From NCBI GenBank assembly GCA_964234715.1, contig OZ174282.1: a stretch of DNA of 64,000 nucleotides; one strand, written 5' to 3'. Within the stretch, counting starts at the first letter, position 1. Every line of letters starts with the position of its first letter. This document shows, piece by piece, positions 1-28,281 of the stretch. The notes under the pieces are model-generated. The model was not told where the DNA came from. It ran no database searches and was given only the letters and a program-made list of their open reading frames with translations. Source of the stretch: Podarcis melisellensis (taxonomy: Eukaryota). A program made the position numbers and the translations under genes.

Positions 1-1961
1 GACCACTCGCAACCAAGTGAAGATGCCCTGATGCTAGGATGGCGCCTGGCATACCCACCATCTGGAGATGTATGCCTGGGGATCATTGGCTCTTGGCTGT
101 TTTCACACATTGATACCACACCTTGTAGAATTCTATGAGTTATATTTTATCTGCACAATCAGAATGAATTTCTGGAACCAAAATGCTTTTTCTGTGCAGC
201 CTGAGCAGGAGCAACGTTACTTAATTATTGTAGTTTGTCTTCACTTACCCCACCCCACTGACCTTGTCACAGTTGTGAAGAACATTCCTATGTTCTGAAT
301 GGTCAGTGTCACCATTCAGAAAAAGACGTAGGAATAGGCCAATATTTATGTGGACTGTCCCTGCATCAAGTGACTTTTCTTCTTTAAGTTCTCAAAGTTC
401 TTAACCTAGTTCAAGGTAGTCATCTGAATTAGCCAGGTGTTTCACTGATAATCACAATTAGTCTGCCATTTGAAAAATAAGACTTTAGAGCCATCTTACC
501 TTCAAATGGCAACTAGATATTCCGTTTTGGTGACTGTAACTTGGTTTAAGGAACCCTTTGGCACCTAACTTACATATCATGGTTTCTAACACGGCTGTGA
601 GCTTATTCTGGATGTTTTTGTATTGGTAGTACACTTTCTTTCCAGCAGTATGGTTGCACTGTCACTGTTTTTGTTAACAATGTATGGCTGTTAATTCAGG
701 CTGTACCTGCATTGAGGTGGTGAATTGCGTTCTGTGTCTCTCCTCCCAAACATAGTTAATAAGCTTTACTTTGTGTGTTGGCTTGCATGTTGACCATCTT
801 ATGGCATAGTTGGATTTTAGGAGTAGTTGCAAGTGTTTTTGAACCAAAGACCTGTTTTTTATTGTTTCCTCAGGTTGGGCATCTTCTGAGAGTTTTTTTG
901 GGACCTGCAGTCAGAAACTGTTTGTAATCTGAACAGTGCTGTCTTGAGACCTCTTGCTGCCTGAGGTAGATCTCAAATTTCTGTTCTGTAGGGCTAACCC
1001 TGTACCATTCAAACAGCAGTACAGCCTCCCTCTAGCTTTGGCCACCCCCATTATGCTGCCTGAAGTGCGCTGCTTCATCCTGCTATGTATTCAGGGCCCA
1101 CCCTCATTGTGAAAGTTCCGTTAAGAGTGTTGCTACTTTGAAAGAGTTCTTATATTTGGTTTATCTTGTGACTCATACCTTGGAGTACCTGAAGAGAGGT
1201 GGGGTCAACTTTAGTATTGCAAGATGAGCTTTAGGACAGCCTTGCATGTAACAACTCACCTGGTAGTCATAGGCAACCAGAAATTCCATCCTGGTGAGTG
1301 AATGCCATATTAGACAGATAGCTATCAGAGCATTTCTTACTAAACATCTGTTTACCAGAGATTATTTTTAAAATGCCATCGACTTAATAAAGGCACTTGT
1401 GGTATGTTGGCTACTCTGGAAGGTTGTGATTAACTAAGAAGCTCTTCCAAAGCGTAGAAGTTGGATCATGAGTACTTCTGGATCCTAGAAGCAGCATGAG
1501 AGCCTCCTTCTTAACTGCGAGTGGGTTTGTTCATTTAGCAGAGCTTTGGATGGAAACTCAAGCTGGCTCATGAAACATGGAAGGAGCTGGCTCACTGTGG
1601 GTCTGATCCACTGGCTCACTGTGCTTGCTCTGATCCACCAGGATCCTCCTGTGTAATTATGTAATTATGGCAACAGCTTCCTTTCCTAAGGAATCCACAC
1701 AGATTTGGCAGTAAGTGGGTTGGAAGGCACGAGATGGAACAAGACTCTCTAGCAGGTATGGGTCTACCCTGGTTAGCACTTGGGAAAAGGGAAATAATTC
1801 TGCTTCTCTGTTGCCAGAAGATCAGACCTGGAAGTCTAGTCAGTCTCCATTATCCTGCAACACCTGCAGCTTGTGCTGTGGTTTATTTTCCATAAACCAC
1901 CTTGGATACTCTGTGGAGGGACATAAATCATCTAATAACATTCATGAATGAATAATGGCAT

Positions 1962-2153
1962 GGGGAAGGAATTCGGCTCAGTAGTGGAGCACCAGCTTTG
2001 CAAGTAGAAGGTCCCAGGGTCAATCTCCAGGTAGGGCTGGGAGAGACCCCCTACCTGAAAGCCTGGAGAACAACTGCTAGTCAGTGTGGACCGTTCTGAG
2101 CTTGATGAACCAGTGGTCTGACACAACAGAAGGCAACTTACTATGTCCCTATG
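1962..2153 (+). mobile_element. tRNA-derived SINE (Squam3-like)
   Basis: gctcagtagtggagc A box, aaggtcccaggg B-box region, ctccaggtagggctgggagagac core and ...ctatgtccctatg tail. The same family recurs near 32270/33110, 40290-40430 (-) and 43021. Confidence 0.8.
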
Positions 2154-4483
2154 TTAGTGGCAAATGTAAATTGTGGAATGAAAGAATATATAACCGTAAA
2201 TATTCCCTTAATGAGAAGCCTCCAGTTTGGAGACTGGTGGCTATAGAGAGCTCTGATGAGATCTCTCTGCCTGAACAGAGTCCTCTGCTTTCAGCCAGCA
2301 CATGGACCATCTCTGAAGGGAGGCTGCAGACTTCTTGTCGACTTCATATTGTGTTGCGGGGGCAGTGCTAGAGGAGTGTCTTGGGAAGCATGTTTGTTCT
2401 CAGTAGCAGAAAGGGAGGCTTTTGAAGAAGGGGAATTGTTTTTGCATGTTGATTTGGAAGCAAAGTCCAGAAATATAGTTAACAGAATGAGGTTGGTTGG
2501 ATAAATGTAAAATCACCCAGTACTGTATACAGGACCGGGATAGGGGAACTATTTCTGCTAGCAGGAATGAAAGCAGCCATTTGATCCCAAGAATGGGTTT
2601 AAGAGCATATTACTGTATTAGAGTTCAAGAAAACTTGACCTAGAGTCAGTCCCTGCCTGGATAGTTTGGAACTCCATGGAATCAGCTCCTTTGTAGGTGA
2701 CTGCCTGCTTGCTGCAGATGCTGCTGAAGGGAAGCCCTGCTCTGGGCCCCACCTATGGCACGTGGACATATGCGGTTAGGCTTTCTTGGTGATGGTGGAG
2801 GCTCCTTGGTTATGAGACTCTTCTCCATGGACTCAGCCGATGGCCTCCTTTTTCTCTTCAGGCAACAGGTCAGAACAGTATGGCTTGAGCCATGCATTTT
2901 TCAGATGTTTTTCCTCTGTGTGCGCCTTGGATTTTTATATTGCTGCTGCATTAGAGTGAGTTGTGCTGTTTTATTGGTATTAGGATTTATGATGGTGGTT
3001 CAGTGGTTTGAACATTGTGTTTTGGGATGGAAAAGTGGGAAATCAATGTTAAAGGAAAAAAATTAATGCTGAAGTTTTCAAATAATAATAATAATGCCCC
3101 ACCCATCCGGTTGGGTTTTCAGCGCATATAAAAACATAAGATGTCAAGCATAAAAAACTTCCTGATACAGGGCTGTCTTCATAAGTGAAAGGTTCATCAG
3201 AGACCATGTCTTTCACCCACCTGCTGACTACAGTCTTCTTGACAGGTAGGACTGTTTAGCCTACCAAAGAGATGCAGTTCAGAATACCTTGGAAGATGGT
3301 GGCCATCCAGCTTCTGTTTTAAAACCTTCTGGGGCTGGTGTGTGTAGTAATAGGTGTCCTCCATCCATCTGTAAGAGGTTGTACTAGGATGATTTGTGAG
3401 GTCCTCTTCCAGCTCTGTAGCTATCAGCAGCAGCATGACCTGAAAGGCATGTGTCCTTCTTTTGTTTCTCCTACTTGACAGCCACCTTCTTTTGAAGGTG
3501 GATGTGAGGAGGCCCTTACAAATTCAGCTTGGGAAACCAATGGGCTGGCACAAGTGGATTTCACAAGCAATAAGAGAGAACTTGCAGTGGTTTCTGTAGC
3601 TTGTTGAACATCTAACCACATTTTGTAGTTTTTATGAAATGCATCAGTCAAAAATGTAGGCATCTACAGATGCTGAGTGCTCAGTCTAGAGCTGCGTAGT
3701 TTAGAATTTCTGTCCGTTATTTATTGCACAACCCTTAACAAGTGTAATCTCTGAATGGATTGGTGTAGTCACAGTTTGAATGCTCAACTAAAAGAAAGCC
3801 ACACCCCACTGTAATGTGACTTGTACTGATGAAGCACCTTTAAAAGAGGCCTTGAGTTGGGCTACCTAGCATGGTTTTAAATAATAGCATAGACTTTTCC
3901 TGGGTTTCATCGTTTGGGCTCAGTGGCTACCTGTTGGGCCTGCAAGTGCATTTGGAATCAGCTCTGGGTTCGGTCACATGTGAGAAGCAGCAGCAGTGCT
4001 GGTGTCCATTGAGTGCTGGGCTCAGTTTTTAGTCACCCACTGGGCTGGGAGTATACTGGAAGTAGTCTGCTTAAGGCTGTACTGGGAAAGTGGGGGAGGG
4101 GATGTCCCACCCTTCTGGAACTGTCCCACTCAGGCTCTGCTGTCCTTGCTTTGAAAAGGCCTGAGAAACAGCCATAATAAAGAGCCTGAAAGGGGCAGAG
4201 CTGTCTGCACGAAAAGGACTTGAATGAAACCCTGATTGTCTCCATCAGGTACTCAGGAGTAAGAGGTCACATCGGCATGAAAAATGTCTTCACAATGTTA
4301 ATGACGCTTTCTTGCTCATGTTTAGCTGTGCTAATTGAAACTAAGGTTTGCGTGTTTGACTGGTCTAAAAATGTGTCCACTCTGTAAGTATTATTACATC
4401 ATGGTAACAGTAAACTTGGATATGATTGACTGTGTATGAGATGTATTTACAGAAACATGCATTTTAAATTCCAAAGAACAATA

Positions 4484-4719
4484 CAGTCGTACCTTGGTTC
4501 TCGAACAGAATCCGTTCCGGAAGTCCATTTGACTTTCAAAAACTGAGGCACGGCTTCTGATTGGCTGCAGCAGCTTCCTGCACTCAATTGGAAGCCGTGT
4601 AAGCCGCATTGGATGTTTGGCTTCCAAAAAAGTTTGTAAATTGGAACACTTCTGTATTTGCGGCGTTCGGGAGCCAAAACGTTTGAGTCACAGAGCATTT
4701 GAGAACCAAGGTACAACTG
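4484..4719. mobile_element. Tc1/mariner-type MITE
   Basis: TIRs cagtcgtaccttggttctc / gagaaccaaggtacaactg flanked by TA on both sides. Confidence 0.85.
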
Positions 4720-5642
4720 TACAATATCAGAATGACCATTCTCATTCGTAAAAGTAATGTACATATTAGTATTATGCAGTAGTGTATGCTGGGCCTTGAA
4801 AATAATACTTTTTCCTCCTGACTTGTGGATAATTTATTTCAGTTTGTTTGGCAGATAAACAGACCAGGGTAGCAGAGAGTGACCCAAGCATTGGGGCCAA
4901 AGGCTGCTTTGAAATATAATGGGAGTTTCCTTTAGTTGAAAAGCAAATCCAGAGTGAAGCAGAATATTTGGGTTTGAGCCAGAGGTGTTCCTGTGGTTTG
5001 CTAGATCCTGTAAATAAGCCTTCACCTTGGGGCCGGCAGATTCAGATGCTTCTATGGCTGCATAATTTGGTTTGCTTCAATCTCAGGTTTGTTTTCACAA
5101 GCAGGCTTAATCCAAGGCTCAGGAAGGTTGTGCAGGGTCACTGATTAATCTAGGACTTTTGCCTTATTTGGGGATGGCAGAAGGAGGGAGGAGGCTCCTA
5201 TCTGTGCTGGTATGCAAATTTAGGCAGAAATTCCTGGTGATTAGGGACCAGCCACAGGAAGAAAGAAACAGGTTCTTGTGTTTGCCATGAGAGGTGAGCT
5301 GTGTGTGTTGTAAAGAGCACATGCAGTCAGTTCATCACCAGCCTTGGTCTGCCACCCATTCCGCCATGCAGTAGTGGAGACAGCTGCAGTAAATACATCA
5401 TTACATACCTTGGCAACAGAGCCATATCTCTTTCCTTACTACAGATATCTTAAGCCACTTGGCAGAGAAGACAGACTTTTTGAGGCTGAAGTATTCTGGA
5501 GTCCCAGCTGTGGCAGAGATGGCTGAATTGGGATAAACACCGTGGATTGAACCATAGAGAGTTCTGTCAGTATAACCAATGCCAGCTAGGAGACCCTACC
5601 AGCCTCTACAGTTTCTCATGGGGTACTGTTTGAAAGACTTAA

Positions 5643-21097
<15,455 letters not shown>

Positions 21098-22058
21098 GCT
21101 CTGGCCCCACCCTCCTCACCCCACCTGGTTGGCCGAAGGAACGCTGGGCAGAGCGCTGTGACTCCAGAAATCCCCCCACTTGCACCATGGCCAGGGGAGC
21201 TGACGAGAGCAGCGGCTGCTGCAGAGCAGGAGGACTGGCCTTGCTCACCTTGATGAAGCATATCTCTTAAGACACTTGCTGGCTCGCTCTCTCTTCTCTC
21301 CTCTCCTGGCTGCTGAGCCACACTTGCCACAGAAGCCACGTTCCCCTTGTTTTGGAAGGGGGGGAGGGGAGGTGCACTGTGGCATGTGCGACTGTTTCTC
21401 CCCGCCTGCCATCTTCTCTCCTCCGGTGGGCGTGGGCGAGTGAGTGAAGCGAGTTTTGTTTCGGCTCCTTGCTAGCCGGGTTACCACCTTCAGGCACTTT
21501 TCATCCAGAGTTCATGTTGGAAATGTATTCCAAGGATGCTGGTGACCCTTTCTCCTTGGAGTTCCCTGAAGTGGGGGGCCTTTTCTACGCTTGACTGCAC
21601 ACCCCAAGGGCAGTGGCTTGAGTCTGAGAAGGGGATGGATAGGTGGACCTGCTGTTCTGGACAGAAGCTCTGCTTTGGAGGATTCAGTGGTGGAGGCAGC
21701 AACGTCAAGCCCTCTTTGGCCAGTGCCTCCCTCTCAGAAAGCATCATGATGGACGAGACTGGCTGCTCCTTCCAGCAAGTCGCTCTTCAGCGTGCCCCCA
21801 CCCCAAATCTTGGAACTCCTCTTGTCTGATCCTTGGCTGTCAGCTGTGGTAGGTGGGTAGAAAGGAAATGTGTGTTGCTTAAAGATGGAAAGGGGGGGCA
21901 CCATTTGCCTGCAGAAAGACTCATCTCAAGACTCCACTGCAAAGCTGCTTTCCCCCCTCAGCCCTTTTCATTTCCTGAGTCTGTCAGAGTCCTGGATTCC
22001 ATTTGAATTCGTTCTCCTCCTGGGACGTTTGTGTTGTATCTGTAATATTGGCACTGAA

Positions 22059-22064
22059 AATAAA
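22059..22064 (+). terminator. Probable AP1G1 polyadenylation signal
   Basis: AATAAA about 960 nt after the stop codon, preceded by U-rich sequence containing TGTA motifs. Confidence 0.6.
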
Positions 22065-22549
22065 GACCATGCGGTTTAATGAGACCTTTCCTGCTTTTAG
22101 TAGCTGGTTTTGCAGCTCCTTGCATAGATGTTGAGCAGAGGACATTCCTGATTTTGAAGGCCAAGATTCCAAAGTATGACAACTCCCTAAGAGAGATGTT
22201 TTCAGGGCAGAAGTCAGTTGGTTAGGGGGGCATGTGTAGGATTCCAGGAGAAGGGGAAACACTTTAGAGTTCCCATCTATGATTGGCTAAAGTTCCTAAA
22301 GCTCATTGCCAGCCTGTTTGCCTTACAGAAACAGAAGGTGTGTCTGCACCCACTGTTGGGTTGCGTGACGGGAGAGGGGGAGCCAGGCAGAAGCACTTCA
22401 AGAGCCACAGAAAGTCCTCTAGACATACACTATCCTAGCAAATGATTCGCTGCTGAGGTCCTGTTGACTGGAGCTGTGGTCAGCTGCCTCTCTCATCTAC
22501 CCCCCAGTGAGACTTGATGTGTGTCCAGCTGGCAGTGCTGCTTTCATGA

Positions 22550-22634
22550 AGGACAGGATGAAATTGAGGCAGTGGGGAATGGGGCTTTGTGCTCTCACAG
22601 AGGACAGGATGAAATTAGGGCAGTGGGGAATGGG
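22550..22634 (+). repeat. Tandem duplication, 51-bp period
   Basis: aggacaggatgaaatt(ga/ag)ggcagtggggaatggg at 22550 and 22601. Confidence 0.85.
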
Positions 22635-23205
22635 ATTCCTGTGATTCTCCAGCCAACAATTATTATGCAAAGCTCACCAGCTGGATTGTTGGAGGTGGAG
22701 CTTGTGGAGCCCAAACAAGATTCCGAAGAAGTCTGCTCTTCATCAGCACAGCCAAAAGAGCCTTGGGGATCCCCGAAGACTAAGAAATGTATTTGGTTTG
22801 ACCTTCCTCTTCCTCATAGGATGAGCAGAGTTGGGAGTATGGCAAGACACAGATGGCAGCACCGAGGACTCTTTTCCTGTTGCAATCTGAACCTGTAAGA
22901 TGATGGCTTCTGTCCCCCCCCTTACCCCCTCCCCCACAACTAATGATGGCAGGTCAGACAGCTGGGAGTTAGGGGTTGGCAATTCCTTTCGTCTTGCACA
23001 AACAATTATCCCTTCAGGGGACACAGAGTTGAAGTAAGGTCACCTTTCCTGCAAGGAGCTCAAAGTAGTACTGGAGGGTATCATCCCCCCCCCAATGTCC
23101 TCAGAGCAACTATGAAGGAAAGGATAAGACTTTGGAGTAACTGTCCAAAGTTAAGTCATGGTTGTAGTGGAGATTTCAGCCCAGATTCTAGTCCAACCCT
23201 TTAAC

Positions 23206-23694
23206 CTGTAGGTTTTCAATCTTTTTGGGTCCATGGCTCCTTTGACCAACTACATTCTTTCTGTGGCACCCCTGTAGGGCTAAGAAGCCCAATTATGTCA
23301 CCCCTTGCCTGCAGAGCTGGCAGCCTCTCACCCTTTTTTGAATACCCTCCCTTGTGGAGTGCTCCCTCAGCCTCCTCTCTTCTCCCCTCTCCTTGGGAGT
23401 CCTCTGGCAGCTGCAGCTACCACCTCTGGTCTCTGAGCTGCCCCCCCCATAAGTGCTGCCTCACCCTGCCCCACAAGGGCCTGGGAAGTATGTCCTAGCT
23501 AGCCCCAGAGGCAGCATTCACCTGGGGAGCTGCTGCAACAAACAGCTGTGCAAGGCTTTGGGAGGCAAAAACGCAAGAGGGCATCAGAGGAGGGAGGGAA
23601 GGAAAGAGGGAATGGGGCCATTGTTGCCCACGGCACCCCTTACCATCATTCAAGGCACCCCATGGTGCCACAGCACACTGGTTGAAAACCACTG
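23206..23694. mobile_element. hAT-type non-autonomous element
   Basis: Imperfect TIRs (...ggttttcaa / ttgaaaaccactg) flanked by a ctttaac duplication. Confidence 0.6.
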
Positions 23695-24853
23695 CTTTAA
23701 CTACTCCACCATCTCCTTCCCTTGTAAGAGGCAGCCAGGAGCTCTGATGACTGTGCTGGAAATGAGATATGGCCCACCTGTGAACTCTACAGCTGCCTTT
23801 ATCATGGGCTACGCTGTCTGAAGCAATTGAACCTGTGGCCATCTAGGTGTTGAGGATGATGGGAGCTGGGAGTTGAGCATCCCCGCCCCTCAACTGAAGG
23901 ATCTTTTTACACAGTGGTCCATCTTCCTCTCCCTCCATTTCCCACACTGTAAGAAGGTCCAGACTTATTGTGAAGGGAGAGCCTATGTGGAATAACTTAA
24001 CTATGTTGCTCTTTTGTTAACACAGGCTGGTACCTAAACTCCAGTCTAATTTGAGGTGTTGCACGTTGAGTATAGGATACCTCTATGCCTGCAGGAGGCA
24101 GGGTACAAATAGGTTGAAAAACACAATTCCTACAATAATTGTGCTTTCTGGCCCTTAAAGTAGGTATAGCAGAGGGTGGCAGTCCTACTGGGTTGGGTAT
24201 TGCTCAAAAAATTGTCACATTAAAGCAATGGCCTTCCAGATGTTGCTGTACTAGAATCATCATCCTTGACCATTTAGCATGTTGCCTGGGGCTGATGGGC
24301 AAACTACATGTGGAGGGCCCGTTTCCCAGCTCTTTCTTCAAAGGTTTCTCAAATCTCGCCTTCCTTTCTGAGGGGTGGGCGTGGGACTAAGCTACAGAAA
24401 AAGTTTTATTGGACAAATGTTTTTGGATATGCAATATTGTCCTTTGGGGACCATAGTAACTGCCAGACTTTGGGAGACAGCCTTCTATGAGCTGTTGAGA
24501 GAATGTTGGTGTAATGTGTCAAAAAAGCTCTAGAGTTTCAAGGAAGAGAGTACTAAATGCTCAGTTAAATAGGACCTCAGGGAACGTAGATGTTCCAAGG
24601 TGTTGCAGTTCTTCTGTGTGTATTGCTGGAAATGCAGTTAAATGCACCCCTTGGAAATGAGCTGGCTTTTGCTTGGAGAATGAGTTCCCTCTTCACCTCA
24701 TCACTGCACATCACTGTCAGGTGTTTTGTGGGGGGGGGGAGAGATGTTTCTCTACATTGAGGCGGTAAAATGCAGCAAACCCAAAGCAAGGAAGTCCAAG
24801 ATCTCTAGTGTCTTTTGACATATGCATTTAAAGTGAATTACCAAGGTAGCGAT

Positions 24854-24859
24854 TTTATT
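24854..24859 (-). terminator. Probable MARVELD3 polyadenylation signal
   Basis: tttatt on + (AATAAA on -), about 590 nt past the MARVELD3 stop, in an AU-rich UTR-like stretch. Confidence 0.5.
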
Positions 24860-25445
24860 GTTGTACAAAAGTACTATATATTCCATAATGAAAACAATTT
24901 GAAACAAGACTGTACAGAACATCAAGTAGAAGCATTTGCCTTCAAGGCAAATGTGTAACTTCCTCATCAAGAAAGCAGCTCAATGAGGTGAATGGAAGAA
25001 GGAATGAAAAACGTTTTCTCTGGCATTGTAAGAAGGGAACTGGAGTTTTTTCTGGGGGTACCAACAAGATGGCACTTTGCCCCAAGGCATATATTGAAAG
25101 TCTCTGGTCAGCGGCCTCAATCTAAAGGCATGATCTGAAAGGAAAAAGGAATGCGGAGGGAAGAAAGCAAGTGCTGGTTGGTGAAGGGACCAAGTTGGTC
25201 TTCTTGCCATTACAGGTGACGTTCTATATTAAAGAGGAGCAGGGAGTAGTCTTGTTAGACTTTGCATCAGTATGTATGATGGGAAAGAAATGGGAGCTTG
25301 GAGAATGTTTACAAAACACTGAAGGTAGGGTTTAGACAGAAAGTGATCACTGCCACCACTGTACATGGTTCAAAGGCACTGTTTAGCTTGGCTTAATAGG
25401 CTGCTCCATCCTTCTCTCCCTTCAACTCAGGCAGCAGAGGCCAAG

Positions 25446-27342
25446 CTAGGGCTCATAGCTGTGTGATGATGGTTTTCCTTGGAGGGTCCGGACAATCTTG
25501 AACCCACGGACAGCCAACACAACGGCAACAGCGAAGGCCACAATGGCTGCCGCAGCAAAGAAGCCCACAGCGATCTCTGCTCCATGCAAACTGCAGCCAA
25601 AGCCCCTGTAGCCTTTGCTCTGGTAGAGGTTCTCTCGCTCTTTGCACAGGGAGGAGGCATAGATCTCATGAAGGCGATGGTAGTAGAAGTACAAAGCTGG
25701 CACAAGACCAATTGCAATGGTCACATCCAGAATGGCCTCCGCTATCAGCCACGCTGGGCAACGCCAGGGCACTCGGAAGAGACTAGCCACAATTTGGAAG
25801 CAGGCAAAGGCCATCAGCGCCCCTCCAACTGCCATGGCCACCTGGGCCGGTGGCACCTTGAGTTGGTGGAACTGGGCATCCAACTGCTGTGCCTTCTCCC
25901 CGTCAGCTCCACTGAGGCCGCTGTAGGCCCCGCCGTATTGGTAGTAGTAAATGCTTCCCAGACTGAAAAGACCAGTGTAGCCACCTGTCGAATTGTAGGA
26001 GACTGAGCTGCAGATGACAATCAGCATGCAGAGGAGGAGCTGGAGCTGTTGGCAGCAGGCTAAGAAGAAGCAAGGGCAGAGGGGTGCTGTTAGTGCCATT
26101 TCTCTAGTGCTGTGGGGCCCTCAGCCTGTGTGGAAAATGGAGAAATGGGGAAGGCACTTGGCCCCTCCAGGTCCACTCATAGAGGTCAGCTTTGTGGGTA
26201 GATTGGATCCCAAAACTTACTGGGGTTAAGGGAGCATATCTGAGCAGGCAGCGACTATCCTTCCTTCCCTGTTTCTACCAGGGCATCTTCTGCCCCAATG
26301 CCACATTGAAAGACTTTTCATTCCTGGGGTAGTGACCTCAGGATAGGGAACCCCAGGCATCAAATATTGTTTCCTGGGTTCCTCTACATGGCTTTTGGGA
26401 CTTCCCCAGGCCATGCCCCATGCAAGCCTCACCTCACGCCCCTGCAGTGTTTTACCTGCTGCAAGAATGCCCCCTTGAATTCTGATAATTTGTCTTGCTC
26501 CCCTGGTGGAGACACAGGGAGAAAGGGATGTGTGAATAAATTAACATTTGTTGCCCCACCCACACTGGCCATATGGCCCCTGTAAAGTTGACTAGAATGG
26601 AATATGGCCTTTGGGCTGAAAAAGTTTATTCACCCCTCTTTTCTGCCGGGAGGAAACTGGGGTGACCTGGCAGCCTCGTGGGTGCCACCCCACTCCCTGG
26701 AGGGAGCTTGTGCTGACCACAGAGGCCTGAGGATTGACGGCTGAGCAGCACTCACTCACTGCACCCCTTGCCAGCAAGCTGTGGGGCCACAGGCCTCCCC
26801 TCGCGACTTTTGGGCAGCCTGCGAAGAGGGGGTGGCAGCGTCTGGCTGGCAAGAACCCCGTCCCCGCGAGGCAACAGCCCTTTTGCCCGCCCTATCTGGG
26901 GAAGCTGCCAGTGGCTTCACCCACACCGAGCTTGCCAGCGGGCAGCGGCAGTGGAGGAGGAGGAGCTACAAACGCAACCCCCCCCCCATCGCAGCCCGAG
27001 CGCCTCATTCCACGAGGGGAAGGGGGCGTGTCGTCGACATCGTACCGCCCTGACCCACCCCATCTTGGGCCAGTAGGGACATCTAACCCGGCCCGGGCCC
27101 TCACCTCTGGCCGTGCACAGGGCGCGACATAGCGGTTTGTCCAGAAGGCCGCCTCCGCCTCGGGCCTCGGCAGGGGCGTCCAAAGAGGCCAGTGTGGTGC
27201 CTCGGGAGGGAGGGGGGCGGTGCTGCTGCTGGTGCTGCTGCTGCTGTCGCCACGGCCACGGCTGCTCTCCTACCGCCACCACCGCCGGCCGGTCGTGACG
27301 CCAGTCCCGCGGCTTCCCGGGTCTCCTCCCGGCGTCCGCCAT
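25446..27342 (-). CDS. MARVELD3: MARVEL domain-containing protein 3 (tight junction), 283 aa
   Basis: Exon 27342-27105 (gccATGg; MADAGRRP...[15 protein letters not shown]; donor gtga) splices in phase 1 to exon 26059-25446 (ACCQ...[13 protein letters not shown]...[11 protein letters not shown]...[11 protein letters not shown]...[13 protein letters not shown]...). The second exon encodes the four-TM MARVEL domain of the MARVELD3 'ACCQ' isoform. Confidence 0.93.
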
Positions 27343-27800
27343 GGCTCATAGCCCTGGCGCGCAGGGAGGTCTGGGTGTGGCGTCCCAGGTGAGCGCGGTG
27401 GCGCCGCCTCCTGGGCGGAGATTGGCCGGGGCTGGTGTAGGTGGGAGGCAGGTGTCCATCTCGCCTAGGAGCCGCCGCCCGACAGAGGGGGCTGGTCGCT
27501 GCCGGCGCTTGCCGAGGGGCGCTTCTCCAGCAGCCGTCGAGGAAGTCAGGGCGGGTCTGGAAAGGGCCAAGGCAGTCCCTGGACAAACCGCTATTGCTGC
27601 CCGTCCAGGCCCAATGTTCGGTGGTCCTGGTGGCCGTTGGCCTTCCTGGTCCCAACACAAGATGGCTTTTTTAAGGATGTAGCGGGAAAAGATGTCCAAG
27701 GGCGCCAGGGCTTCTCCGCCATAGGTGCGCCCCTCCCTCCCCCGCCCGACTCGGCTGCTCGCCCATTTCCCCAACCAAGCACTGCCCCACGAAGCAGCGG
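26800..27800. promoter_or_regulatory. CpG island / MARVELD3 promoter with CCAAT box, GC box and E2-boxes
   Basis: Most CpG-dense segment of the window. ATTGG at 27421-27425, GGGCGG near 27413, CAGGTG at 27386-27391 and 27449-27454. Confidence 0.75.
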
Positions 27801-28281
27801 TCTCTTGGCCATACCTGACTCTGGTAACAATCCAGGATTAGAGGGAAAGGAGAGAACTGGAGATCCTTCTCAGCACCCTGATGGTGGCACTGCCCTTTGC
27901 AGCCTTGGATGGTCTCCCTCACTGGCTTTGTGTTGATTCTGAGCATCAGGGGTGCAGAACTTCCTCATTCTTGTGGGACTGCACAGAAACCACAGGACAG
28001 GAAGGAATAGAACCACTGCCACTCAGTGCTTGTCCATCCATGGCTCGCCCTCTGCACATCCAGTTGAGCAGGACTACAAAAAGAACCTAAGCCCATGGGA
28101 AGGGCGTGGCTGCTGCCAGCTAAAGCAGAGGCTAGATGGTTCTCTGTTCTGACGGTATTCATTCATTCATTCATTCATTCACCTGTTCAGCTAAATGCAG
28201 GAGGCAGGGATGAGGAACCTACAGCCCACTACAAAATCCCTGTCACCATCAGGCATGCTGGCCAGAGAAGGCTGATAGGAA

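Noticed and set aside
1962-2040. tRNA gene
   Set aside because: The A/B-box-like heads here and at 43021 and 50260-50340 belong to tRNA-derived SINEs and continue into SINE bodies; no complete cloverleaf.
22521-22898. 125-aa ORF as a possible PHLPP2 remnant
   Set aside because: No convincing similarity; part of its length comes from a 51-bp in-frame tandem duplication.
27346-27774. 142-codon ORF in frame with MARVELD3, separated by a single TGA and containing LTWDA, which I recall from the human N-terminus
   Set aside because: The ORF starting at 27342 already aligns with the beginning of the human protein and has a strong Kozak context. The upstream frame covers GC-rich promoter sequence where long ORFs arise by chance, and LTWDA overlaps an E-box.
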